The position numbers and the translations under genes are program-made. From Candidatus Komeilibacteria bacterium RIFOXYD1_FULL_37_29 (GTDB lineage Bacteria; Patescibacteriota; Patescibacteriia; UBA1558; GWA2-36-10), in contig MHKS01000004.1 of assembly GCA_001818495.1 (NCBI GenBank), positions 84,657 through 148,656 of the forward strand: a stretch of 64,000 nucleotides of DNA. Reading direction: 5' to 3'. A model generated the notes under the pieces. It did not search any database. It was given only the letters and a program-made list of their open reading frames with translations, and was not told the origin of the DNA. Below are positions 19,902 through 28,603 of this stretch, piece after piece. Numbering within the stretch: the first letter of the stretch is position 1; each line of letters opens with the position of its first letter.

Positions 19902-20498
19902 ATGTTTATTAAATCCCACAATCTTCATAAATTACTTATCACTTCCTATGGCGTATCGACCTTTTCCGAAGGATTTTTGATGCCTATTTATGCCATATTT
20001 GTGCAAGGAATTGGTGGGGATATTTTGGAAGCGTCGGCGGCCATTTCTATATTTTTATTGGTATCAGGACTGACTACTATTTTTATTCATCGTTCTGCTT
20101 GGAGTGAAAAACATCGGGTTAAATTATTGGTTTATGGTTGGCTACTTTGGGCCATTGGTATTGGCGGTTATTTTTTTATTGTTGATACTTACACTTTATT
20201 TGCCGTACAAGTTATTGTGGCCTTGGGTAATGCTATTGCTGACCCAGCTTTTAGCGCTGAGTTGGATGATAATATCAATAAAAATAAAAAATCTTATTCC
20301 TGGGGAGTTTTTCAAGGCATTCAAGATATAGCCAACAGTATTGCCGCTATCGCTGGCGGTCTGATCGCCAGCTTGTTTGGTTTTCGCGTTTTGATAGCTT
20401 TTATGTTTGCTACTGCCACTTTGTCTTTTCTGATAATTTTATATTATGTTAAAATAAAGAATAGAAATTGGTTGGACAAACTTATTCATAATAATTAA
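19902..20498 (+). CDS. half-size (6-TM) MFS-like membrane protein
   Basis: PIYAIFV..IGG, G.GNAIADPAFSA, GGLIASLFGFRVL; 198 aa. Confidence 0.7.
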   Translation: MFIKSHNLHKLLITSYGVSTFSEGFLMPIYAIFVQGIGGDILEASAAISIFLLVSGLTTIFIHRSAWSEKHRVKLLVYGWLLWAIGIGGYFFIVDTYTLFAVQVIVALGNAIADPAFSAELDDNINKNKKSYSWGVFQGIQDIANSIAAIAGGLIASLFGFRVLIAFMFATATLSFLIILYYVKIKNRNWLDKLIHNN

Positions 20499-20511
20499 TA
20501 AAATAAAAATT

Positions 20512-20688
20512 ATGTCAAAAAATGCTTGTGGAGCCGGTGGTGCTATTTATGGTTTGGGTTTTATCGGGGCGGTTATTTATTATATTCAGCACGCCGATTC
20601 TTTTACCATGGGGTTAGTCGGCTTTTTAAAAGCCATAGTTTGGCCAGCTTTTCTGATGTATAAATTATTGGAATTTTTCCAAATGTAA
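20512..20688 (+). CDS. small membrane protein (58 aa, below ORF-track cutoff)
   Basis: MSKNACGAGGAIYGLGFIGAVIYYIQHADSFTMGLVGFLKAIVWPAFLMYKLLEFFQM. Confidence 0.75.
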   Translation: MSKNACGAGGAIYGLGFIGAVIYYIQHADSFTMGLVGFLKAIVWPAFLMYKLLEFFQM

Positions 20689-20706
20689 ATACTGGTCAAA
20701 ATTATT

Positions 20707-21447
20707 TTAATTATTTTTGGCTAAGACTAGGCAAATTATATTGGAATAATTATTTTTCGTCAATACTTTGGCGGCTTGATTTAAAGTAGCCCCAGTTGAG
20801 GTGACATCATCGATTAGTAGGATTTGGGAGCAGTGCCGCATTTGTAGTGGCACTGTTTTTTGGTTTATTTCAAAAATATCTAAGACATTTTTTTGCCGAG
20901 CGATTTTATTTAATTTTGCTTGTGGTGGATTATTTTTGGTTCTGATTAAAAGAGGAGAGTAAGGCCGATTTAATCGCTTGGCTAATTTTTTAGCCAACAG
21001 CTCTGTCTGGTCAAAACCACGTTTTCTTTTTTTGTTTTGATGGAGTGGTATATTGACTATGATGGTATCTTTTCCCAAGGCCAAGTGTCGAGCTTGCTTT
21101 TCCAGTATATCTATCAGTGGTTCAGCCATGTTTTCCAAATAATTGTATTTATAGTTTTTTATTAATTTTTGGACGAGCTGGTTTTGGTAATCACAAGAAG
21201 AGTAGCAGGCTTTAAAATAGGTTTTTTCTTGGTCTGGCCAGTAAATGGCTTTTGGCTCGCTTAAGATAATATCATTTAAACAAAAACCACAGCAGAGTGA
21301 TCCTTCACTGTGACAGCCCAGGCAAAATTGTGGCCAAATAAAATCTAAGAGTATTTTAAAAACCTTTTTAATGTAAAATAAAAAGGTTTTTACATCGCTT
21401 TTTCCCGCGTACCGGGATCCCGCTTCGCGGGGCTTCCTTCCTATCAT
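20707..21447 (-). CDS. comF: ComF family competence protein
   Basis: CLGC..CGFC zinc ribbon, RGFDQT, LLIDDVTSTGAT. Confidence 0.9.
   Translation of the reverse strand: MIGRKPREAGSRYAGKSDVKTFLFYIKKVFKILLDFIWPQFCLGCHSEGSLCCGFCLNDIILSEPKAIYWPDQEKTYFKACYSSCDYQNQLVQKLIKNYKYNYLENMAEPLIDILEKQARHLALGKDTIIVNIPLHQNKKRKRGFDQTELLAKKLAKRLNRPYSPLLIRTKNNPPQAKLNKIARQKNVLDIFEINQKTVPLQMRHCSQILLIDDVTSTGATLNQAAKVLTKNNYSNIICLVLAKNN
21403..21432. repeat. GC-rich double-hairpin (REP-like) insert in the 5' end of comF
   Basis: Minus strand CCCCGC-GAA-GCGGG-A-TCCCG-GTACG-CGGGA, 30 bp, in AT-rich context. Confidence 0.6.
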
Positions 21448-21453
21448 TTAAAT

Positions 21454-23925
21454 TTAGCTAATACTTATTTTATTTTTTTCTAGGGATATTTTTAGTTGTT
21501 TAAAATTTTTATTCAGTAGGTTTTGGGCCAAGATATTGGCCAGATGTTGATCAACCAGTCTTTTGATACTCCGAGCGCCTTCTTTTAAGACATCTTTTTG
21601 TCCCAGTAAGTGGGGGATTATCTTAGAATCTATGACTACACTTACTCCTTGCTCGCTGAGACGCTCACTGATTAAAGATAATTCTTTTTTCAGGATTTTT
21701 TTGGCTGCCACCTGATCGAGCGGTTCAAAGACTACAATATCATCTAAACGGTTGGTAAATTCCGGAGGAAAATGTTTGGACAGAGAAGACAATATTTCCT
21801 GGGTTTTTTTGTAAAAATTTTCTTTGTGTTCATCAGTGGCAAAACCCATGACTGCTTCTTGGTTGAAAATACTTAGGCCAATATTGGAAGTCATGATGAT
21901 GATGCAGTTTCTAAAATTGACTGTTTTACCAGTGGCATCGGTCAGTTCACCTTCTTCCAAAATAGGCAAAAGCAGATTAAAGACATCGGGATGGGCTTTT
22001 TCTATTTCATCAAATAATACCAAGCTATAGGGCTTGTTTTTGACTAAATCAGTCAATTTATTACCTTCCCGATAACCCACATAACCGGCCGGAGAGCCGA
22101 TCAATTTGGAGATATTGAATTTTTCAGAAAACTCTGACATATCAATACGCAATAGATTTTTTTCTCCACCAAAAATGTGTTTGGCGATTTCTTTGGCCAT
22201 GGCGGTTTTGCCTACGCCACTGGGCCCCAAAAACATAAAAGAAGCCAGGGGTTTATTTTTATCGTTTAAGCCAGCTTTAGCTTTTCGGATAGTATGAGAG
22301 ATTTTGGCCAAGGCTTTGTCTTGCCCAAAAATATTTTGGCCGATTTTATTTTCCAAATTTAATAATTGTTTGTTTTCGCCGACAGTAATAGAAGATAGGG
22401 GGATACCAGTTATTTTTGACAATACATCTCTGATGTCTTCTGCACTTATTCGGCCAAACTTTTTATTGATTGTTTTATCCTGTTGAGCCTTTGTTCGTAA
22501 AAGTCTTTCTAAAATTTCTTCTTCTTTGGCCTTGTGACCAGTAGCTTCTAGATACTTTTCCGATAAAATAGCTTGTTTTTTATCAGTTTGAGCTTGATTT
22601 AGCTCATCTTGCAGACTTTTGATTTTTTTAAGCAATCCTTGTTTGGTTTTTTTAACGCGCAAACGAGCAGCGGCTTCATCTATCAGGTCAATGGCTTTAT
22701 CCGGCAATTTTTTGTCCGGTAAAAATCTTTTGCTTAGCTCCACAGCGGCTTTTATAGCCTGGTCATCTATGATGACATTGTGAAATTTTTCGTAGTTTTC
22801 TCTCAGGCCTTTTAATATTTGTTGAGTTTCATCCTCGGATGATTCCTCAATAATAATGGCTTGAAATCTTCTCTCTAGTGCTTTGTCGCTTTCTATATGT
22901 TTTTTGTACTCTTCAAAAGTAGTCGCCCCAATACACCTTAGCTGTCCGCGAGACAGCGCTGGTTTTAAGATATTGGCGGCATCCAAAGAGCCAGTCGTTG
23001 CTCCAGCCCCCATGATAGTATGGAGCTCGTCGATAAACAGTATGATGTCCGGATTGTTTTTTATCTCAGCAATTACTTTTTTTAAGCGGCTTTCAAATTC
23101 ACCTCGATACATCGTGCCAGCCAAGAGGCTAGAAATATCTAGGTTCAGGATAGTTTTATTGAGTAGGACATCAGGTACTTTATTTTCTGTGATTCTTTTG
23201 GCCAGGCCTTCGATAATAGCAGTTTTTCCTACTCCAGCATCGCCCAAAAGCACTGGGTTGTTTTTGGTGCGACGAGATAATATTTCTATCAGTCGGTCTA
23301 TTTCTTTAACTCGGCCAATCACTGGATCAATATCTTTTTGGATTTCTTTACTAGTTAGATCAATAGTAAATTTTTCCAAATCATTGGTATTGGCGGGGCC
23401 TTCTTCATTGAAAATTTCTTCAATTTCTTTGAGTTCCTCCTCGCTGGTTAAATCACTGAATTTGGAAGTGCTTTTTAGTATCAGACTTAGATGTTGTTTA
23501 AGACTTTGAGTGTTCACTTTGGCTTTTTGCAGTATCTGAGTGGTTTTTTCATCGGCGTTTTGGCTCAGCCCCCACAACAAGTGCTCAGTGCCGATATATT
23601 TGTGTTTGTGTTTGTAAGCGGTGACAACGGCTTTTTCAATTATTTTTTGTGATTCTAGAGATGGCTGGGGCATACTTTCTGGACTGATCGCTATGCTTTG
23701 ATAAGTATCAAAAGTAGCCATTTGTAGCCAGCCAAGATCTATATTTTGTTTAATCAAAATATCAGAGCCCAAAGAACCTTTGGTTTTTATCAAGGATATC
23801 AAAAGATCTTCCGGCTCAATGGCTTCGTGTTTTTTGCTAAAAGCTATATTTTGAGCGGTAATTAAAACCTGCTTAAAATGCTGGGTAAATTTATCTAATA
23901 TATTTTGAAAATTGTCACTAATCAT
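21454..23925 (-). CDS. clpC: ClpC-type ATP-dependent Clp protease ATPase subunit
   Basis: Clp-N domain; two AAA+ modules (GDAGVGKT, GPSGVGKT); UVR-like middle coil. Confidence 0.9.
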   Translation of the reverse strand: MISDNFQNILDKFTQHFKQVLITAQNIAFSKKHEAIEPEDLLISLIKTKGSLGSDILIKQNIDLGWLQMATFDTYQSIAISPESMPQPSLESQKIIEKAVVTAYKHKHKYIGTEHLLWGLSQNADEKTTQILQKAKVNTQSLKQHLSLILKSTSKFSDLTSEEELKEIEEIFNEEGPANTNDLEKFTIDLTSKEIQKDIDPVIGRVKEIDRLIEILSRRTKNNPVLLGDAGVGKTAIIEGLAKRITENKVPDVLLNKTILNLDISSLLAGTMYRGEFESRLKKVIAEIKNNPDIILFIDELHTIMGAGATTGSLDAANILKPALSRGQLRCIGATTFEEYKKHIESDKALERRFQAIIIEESSEDETQQILKGLRENYEKFHNVIIDDQAIKAAVELSKRFLPDKKLPDKAIDLIDEAAARLRVKKTKQGLLKKIKSLQDELNQAQTDKKQAILSEKYLEATGHKAKEEEILERLLRTKAQQDKTINKKFGRISAEDIRDVLSKITGIPLSSITVGENKQLLNLENKIGQNIFGQDKALAKISHTIRKAKAGLNDKNKPLASFMFLGPSGVGKTAMAKEIAKHIFGGEKNLLRIDMSEFSEKFNISKLIGSPAGYVGYREGNKLTDLVKNKPYSLVLFDEIEKAHPDVFNLLLPILEEGELTDATGKTVNFRNCIIIMTSNIGLSIFNQEAVMGFATDEHKENFYKKTQEILSSLSKHFPPEFTNRLDDIVVFEPLDQVAAKKILKKELSLISERLSEQGVSVVIDSKIIPHLLGQKDVLKEGARSIKRLVDQHLANILAQNLLNKNFKQLKISLEKNKISIS

Positions 23926-23931
23926 AATGTT

Positions 23932-24807
23932 TTACATACTACGTAAAGCTTTGATTCTTTCGGCTATTGGTGGGTGAGTAGAAAATAATTTTGACAGGCC
24001 ACTGTTTTTAAAGGGATTAGAAATATACAAATGAGCTGTAGCTTTATTGGCTTTTTTAAGGGGCATGTTTTGGGTTGATATTTTTTCCAGCGCTTTAGCC
24101 AACCCTTCGGGATAGCGGGTAAGTAATGTTCCAGAAGCGTCGGCTAAAAATTCTCTTTTTCTAGATACAGCCAGCTGGATGAGCTTGGCAAAAAGCGGAG
24201 ACAAGATAGCCAAGACAATACCCACTAGCACCAAAATATTGCCTTTGTTGTTGTTATCGCTACGGCTATGACCTCTAAAAATAAAACTGCGCATCATCCA
24301 ATCAGCCAAAAGAGTAATAATGCCCACACAGACAATCACTACCATCATCAGTCGGATATCATAATTTTTGACATGAGAAAGCTCATGAGCAATCACACCT
24401 TCTAGCTCTTCGTTGGCCAAATTGTTGATCAGACCTCTGGTGACAGCAATAGAGGAGTGCTCCGGATCGCGGCCAGTAGCAAAAGCATTCATCGCTTCAT
24501 CTTCTATAATATACAATTTGGGCATAGTGACGCCAGCAGTGATGCTCAAGTTTTCTACCATCCGCCAGAGATAAGGATTGTCCTCTTTGCTTATTGCTTT
24601 GGCTCCAGCGGCGCTTAAAGCTATTTTATCTCCGGCAAAAAAACTGACAAGACTCAGTCCAGTAGCCATGATAGTAGCCGGGATGACCATATAATAGCCA
24701 CTTTGTGAATACTGGCTCCAAGCCCAGACCAAGCCAGCAATAATTACGACAAAAAGGATCATTAGAGCCAGACTTTTTCGTTTGTTGCTGTCTATTTGTG
24801 TATACAT
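23932..24807 (-). CDS. htpX: M48 zinc metalloprotease HtpX
   Basis: NAFATG, HELSH, SRKREFLAD, THPP. Confidence 0.92.
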   Translation of the reverse strand: MYTQIDSNKRKSLALMILFVVIIAGLVWAWSQYSQSGYYMVIPATIMATGLSLVSFFAGDKIALSAAGAKAISKEDNPYLWRMVENLSITAGVTMPKLYIIEDEAMNAFATGRDPEHSSIAVTRGLINNLANEELEGVIAHELSHVKNYDIRLMMVVIVCVGIITLLADWMMRSFIFRGHSRSDNNNKGNILVLVGIVLAILSPLFAKLIQLAVSRKREFLADASGTLLTRYPEGLAKALEKISTQNMPLKKANKATAHLYISNPFKNSGLSKLFSTHPPIAERIKALRSM

Positions 24808-24888
24808 TTGTTTATTTTATTGATTAGTTTTTATCAACTTAATATAACAATATCGGTCTTTGTTTGTCAATTAAATTTAGTTAATATA

Positions 24889-24917
24889 TTGACAAAATTT
24901 ATTTAATAATGTATAAT
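24889..24917 (+). promoter_or_regulatory. consensus sigma70 promoter
   Basis: TTGACA-17 bp-TATAAT. Confidence 0.8.
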
Positions 24918-24979
24918 ATTTTGAATTTATGAACTTTATATCAGCAAGGTTAATAACAATAGAAACTAGGAGGTTGATC

Positions 24980-25246
24980 ATGGCAAAAACTAGACAGACT
25001 CACGGATTTGTTTTGGAGGAAGCAGGTGGTATTATTGTGTCAATAACACTTAGTTTTGGAGGGCGAAAAATTTCTATTGGAGACACAGTGACTTCTAATG
25101 GTCGCATGACCAAGAAGGGCCGTCAAGGAAAAGTAGTGACTATCGAAGAGCCGTTCACCAACGGCAGAACCACCGATGTTATTGAGGTTGATTTTGGCAA
25201 CAAAATCAGTAATCTGAAATTCAAGGATTTGGATTTCGGCATTTGA
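24980..25246 (+). CDS. small hypothetical protein, SH3/KOW-like
   Basis: AGGAGG SD at 24968-24973 before ATG 24980; IGDTV...GRQGKVVTI...IEVDF pattern. Confidence 0.65.
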   Translation: MAKTRQTHGFVLEEAGGIIVSITLSFGGRKISIGDTVTSNGRMTKKGRQGKVVTIEEPFTNGRTTDVIEVDFGNKISNLKFKDLDFGI

Positions 25247-25266
25247 TACCAGATCACCAACAAGAC

Positions 25267-25301
25267 AAAAGGGCTGTCGCTTTAAACAACGGCCCTTTTT
25301 T
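25267..25301. terminator. bidirectional terminator
   Basis: AAAAGGGCTGT...ACGGCCCTTTTT between convergent genes. Confidence 0.7.
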
Positions 25302-25322
25302 ATTTAGTAATTTATTAGAGTC

Positions 25323-25880
25323 TTAAAATTTTACCTGTACATTGGCCTTTTCTTTTTCATCTCCAATAGCAAAGAAATCCCAAGCTTTGAAGTTTAGCAT
25401 ACCGGCAATCAGGTTGTTGGGGAAAACTTCAATTTTGGTATTAAAGTCGCGGACCTGTCCGTTATAAAATCTACGAGCGGCTTGAATTTTATTTTCCGTA
25501 TCAGAAATTTCATCTTGTAGTTGTAAAAAGTTTTGAGAAGCTTTTAGGTCCGGATAGTTTTCGGCTACGGCAAATAAACTTTTTAAAGTTTCAGACAACA
25601 TATTTTCGGCCTGGCCTTTTTCTGCTATACCCTGAGCTTGCATAGCACTGGCGCGGGCTTGAGTTACCTTGGTCAGTACGCCTTCTTCGTGTTTCATATA
25701 ACCTTTGACCGTTTCCATCAAATTGGGTATCAAATCATAGCGGCGTTTAAGCTGGACATCGATATCTGACCAGGCCTCTTTAACCCGATTTTTGAGCCTA
25801 ATCAGGCTGTTGTAGACGCCTATTAACCAGATAACTATCAGGGCTACGGCTACTAGGATGACAATAAGAGCTTTATTCAT
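25323..25880 (-). CDS. lemA: LemA family protein
   Basis: YNSL..AWSDIDVQLKRRYDLIPNL, AENYPDLKAS, ARRFYN. Confidence 0.95.
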   Translation of the reverse strand: MNKALIVILVAVALIVIWLIGVYNSLIRLKNRVKEAWSDIDVQLKRRYDLIPNLMETVKGYMKHEEGVLTKVTQARASAMQAQGIAEKGQAENMLSETLKSLFAVAENYPDLKASQNFLQLQDEISDTENKIQAARRFYNGQVRDFNTKIEVFPNNLIAGMLNFKAWDFFAIGDEKEKANVQVKF

Positions 25881-26016
25881 AGTTTTAATTTAATTATTTA
25901 ATCAACCCTTTAATTTTACTAGATTGCCATTTTTTTAGCAAATCAATGGGAGCTATTATCATAGTTGTTAAAATGTGTTATAATAAATTTAGTTTAAAAA
26001 TATATAAAATAAAATT

Positions 26017-28470
26017 ATGTTTAAAAGAATTAGTAATTGGCAACTATCTTTCATAATAGCCATTGTATCAATCTGTAGTCTAGTGTTGATACAGCAATAT
26101 GTCATCGCTCAAAGTGGTTGGGTGGATCCAGATACTTTACCAGGTGTTACTCCTAGTAATGTTTTTGTGGTCAATCCTTTGGCCTCTGATTTGCAGTTAA
26201 ATAATCATAATATTTTAGGTAGTAATATGGTTATTGATGGTTCGGCCAATCTAAATGCGGTGACCCTAACTGGCGGTCGAAAGATCTGTTTGTCTGGTAC
26301 TTGTAGAGATACTTGGCCGGTAGTAACGGGCGGTATTACTGGTGGGGGAACAGTAGAGAAGATAGCAAAATTTACTGGTGCTAGCGCTATCGGAGATTCT
26401 ACCATCGAACACAGAGGTAATAGTATTTATGCATTTAATTCTGGTTTTAGTACTTCGGGTTTAATCTTGGGTGGAGGATCAGTAGATCCTCTACAAATAT
26501 ATGGTATGAATAATTTTAGTACTTCTAATCTTGTGTATTTGTCTATCTCTGGAGCCGCTGTGCCTTCAAGTGGAAATGCTATTAATATATTGAATGATGG
26601 CCATGGTAGTGGTTTAATTATTAATAATTCTAGAGCCACCAATATTAAAGAGGGTATTAATATAACTAATGGTGGTTTGGGTAATGGTTTAGTTGTCACC
26701 CAAAATAATCCGACTCCTGGTGCTGCCACTGGTCGACCTTTTCGTGTTAATGATGATAATGCTTCTGATAATACTCCTTTTGTTGTAGATTGGGAGGGTA
26801 AAGTTGGTATTGGAACGGTTAGTCCTAATAAGAATTTACACATTCAAACCGCTTCTGGCAATGCGGAAATAGATATTCAAAGTGGGGGAGTGTCTGGTAA
26901 TCATTGGGGTATTTATCATGATGCCGCTACTGATGACCTTTTCTTTTGGAAAGACGCAGCCAATCGGGTAGTTTTTACTGATAGCGGTAATATTAATTTA
27001 CAGGGATCAGTTTGTGATATTAATGGTGCTAATTGTTTTTCCGGTTCAACCAATTATTGGACTCAAGATGCTAGTTTAAACTTGTCTAGGACTAATAGTA
27101 ATGTTCACTTATTAGCTAGTGGACAAACTATGCCAGCGGCTCTAGCTTTATCTGGAACTAGAATGGTTTGGCATCCTACTAAAGCAGCTCTTAGAATTGG
27201 AGGAATTGGTGCCTCTGGGGCTACAAAATGGAGTGAGACCAACATTGGAAATTATTCACTTGTTTTTGGTCTAGATAGTAGAGCTAGTGGTCTTTACTCG
27301 GCAGTACTTAGTGGTAATGCCAATAATTCTGATGCTGAAGCTAGTGTTGTGGCTGGAGGTAGACAAAATCAGGTAGCCGCTTTTGCTTTGGAGGGTGCGG
27401 TAGTTGGTGGAGGAGCAAATCAGGTTAATGGTCAGGGTGGGTTTATTGGTGGTGGAAATCAAAACATAACCTCTGGTAGTTATTCAGTGCTCAGTGGAGG
27501 TATTAGTAATAGATTAATGGGTACAGGTAGTGTTATTGGTGGTGGTGGATGGAACATCGCAACAACTAGTTATTCTGTTATTGGTGGTGGCCAACAAAAT
27601 GGTGTCAATGGGCAACATGGAGTTGTTGGTGGCGGTTATTTAAACATAGTATCGTCAGCTCAAAGTACCATTAGTGGTGGTTGGAACAATAGTATTAGTG
27701 GTCCGATTGGAACCATCGGTGGCGGAAAGGATAATTTAATATTACTAGAAGGTCAATTAAGCACTATCGGGGGAGGTACAAGTAATAATATCAGCGCTGA
27801 TTATGTAGCTATAGCCGGCGGACAAAGTAATACTGTTAGTGGTGATTTTGGAGCCATTGGAGGTGGTAGTTTAAATAGTGTCAGTGGTATTTTTTCAGTT
27901 ATTCCTGGTGGTTCTGCTAATTTGGCAGCCGGCGATTATTCTTTAGCTGCTGGCAGACATATGGAATTATCAGCTACAGCAGACAATAGTTTTGTTTGGG
28001 GAACTTCTGATACGCCGGTTTCTATCACTAGGGACAATTCCTTTATAGTATTTCCAACTAATCCAACAGGTAGTCTTCCTAGATTAGGTATTGGTACTTC
28101 TGCTCCCAACAGCACTGTCCATATCAAATCAAATAGTGGTAATGCCGAAATAGACCTACAAAGTGGCTCTAGCCCTTATTGGGGTATTTATCAAGATGAT
28201 ACGACCGACGAACTTCGCTTCTGGAATAACGGAGTCAATAAAGTGATTTTCAAGAGTAATAGTTTGGGAGTAGTTAGTGATTCGGCTGATGGGGTGGATA
28301 ATTATATTCAATTGGATAAGGTAAATGCAGTACCCCCAGTAACTGATTGTGATGAGGTAGCAGAGGAGGGTAGAATGATTTGGAAAGCGGCGGGTTTTAA
28401 TAGATTGATGATTTGTGGATACGACAGTGTCAGTGGATTATATGGTTGGAGAACTCTTTTATCTTCCTAA
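26017..28470 (+). CDS. secreted fibre/adhesin-like protein with Gly-rich repeats
   Basis: N-terminal hydrophobic segment; ~14-aa (V/I)xGGxxN repeats; duplicated GIGT..P..SGNAEID.QSG..WGIY.D..TD.L.FW module. Confidence 0.7.
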   Translation: MFKRISNWQLSFIIAIVSICSLVLIQQYVIAQSGWVDPDTLPGVTPSNVFVVNPLASDLQLNNHNILGSNMVIDGSANLNAVTLTGGRKICLSGTCRDTWPVVTGGITGGGTVEKIAKFTGASAIGDSTIEHRGNSIYAFNSGFSTSGLILGGGSVDPLQIYGMNNFSTSNLVYLSISGAAVPSSGNAINILNDGHGSGLIINNSRATNIKEGINITNGGLGNGLVVTQNNPTPGAATGRPFRVNDDNASDNTPFVVDWEGKVGIGTVSPNKNLHIQTASGNAEIDIQSGGVSGNHWGIYHDAATDDLFFWKDAANRVVFTDSGNINLQGSVCDINGANCFSGSTNYWTQDASLNLSRTNSNVHLLASGQTMPAALALSGTRMVWHPTKAALRIGGIGASGATKWSETNIGNYSLVFGLDSRASGLYSAVLSGNANNSDAEASVVAGGRQNQVAAFALEGAVVGGGANQVNGQGGFIGGGNQNITSGSYSVLSGGISNRLMGTGSVIGGGGWNIATTSYSVIGGGQQNGVNGQHGVVGGGYLNIVSSAQSTISGGWNNSISGPIGTIGGGKDNLILLEGQLSTIGGGTSNNISADYVAIAGGQSNTVSGDFGAIGGGSLNSVSGIFSVIPGGSANLAAGDYSLAAGRHMELSATADNSFVWGTSDTPVSITRDNSFIVFPTNPTGSLPRLGIGTSAPNSTVHIKSNSGNAEIDLQSGSSPYWGIYQDDTTDELRFWNNGVNKVIFKSNSLGVVSDSADGVDNYIQLDKVNAVPPVTDCDEVAEEGRMIWKAAGFNRLMICGYDSVSGLYGWRTLLSS

Positions 28471-28482
28471 ATGATTTAAAAT

Positions 28483-28522
28483 AAACCGCTACCCAAAGCT
28501 TTAGGCAAAGGGTGGCGGTTTT
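28483..28522 (+). terminator. intrinsic terminator
   Basis: AAACCGCTACCC...GGGTGGCGGTTT. Confidence 0.7.
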
Positions 28523-28603
28523 CTTGTTGGTGCATCAGCTTTTGTGGTATAATAAACATAGTAATTAAATATTTATTTATTTTTTAAGCTAGATTTATTT
28601 TAA

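Noticed and set aside
22883-23509. 208-aa antisense ORF in clpC and similar antisense ORFs (e.g. 2039..2719, 37526..37972)
   Set aside because: Fully overlap confident genes on the opposite strand and show no motifs
26017-28470. Prophage tail gene
   Set aside because: Has an N-terminal export/anchor segment and no neighbouring phage genes
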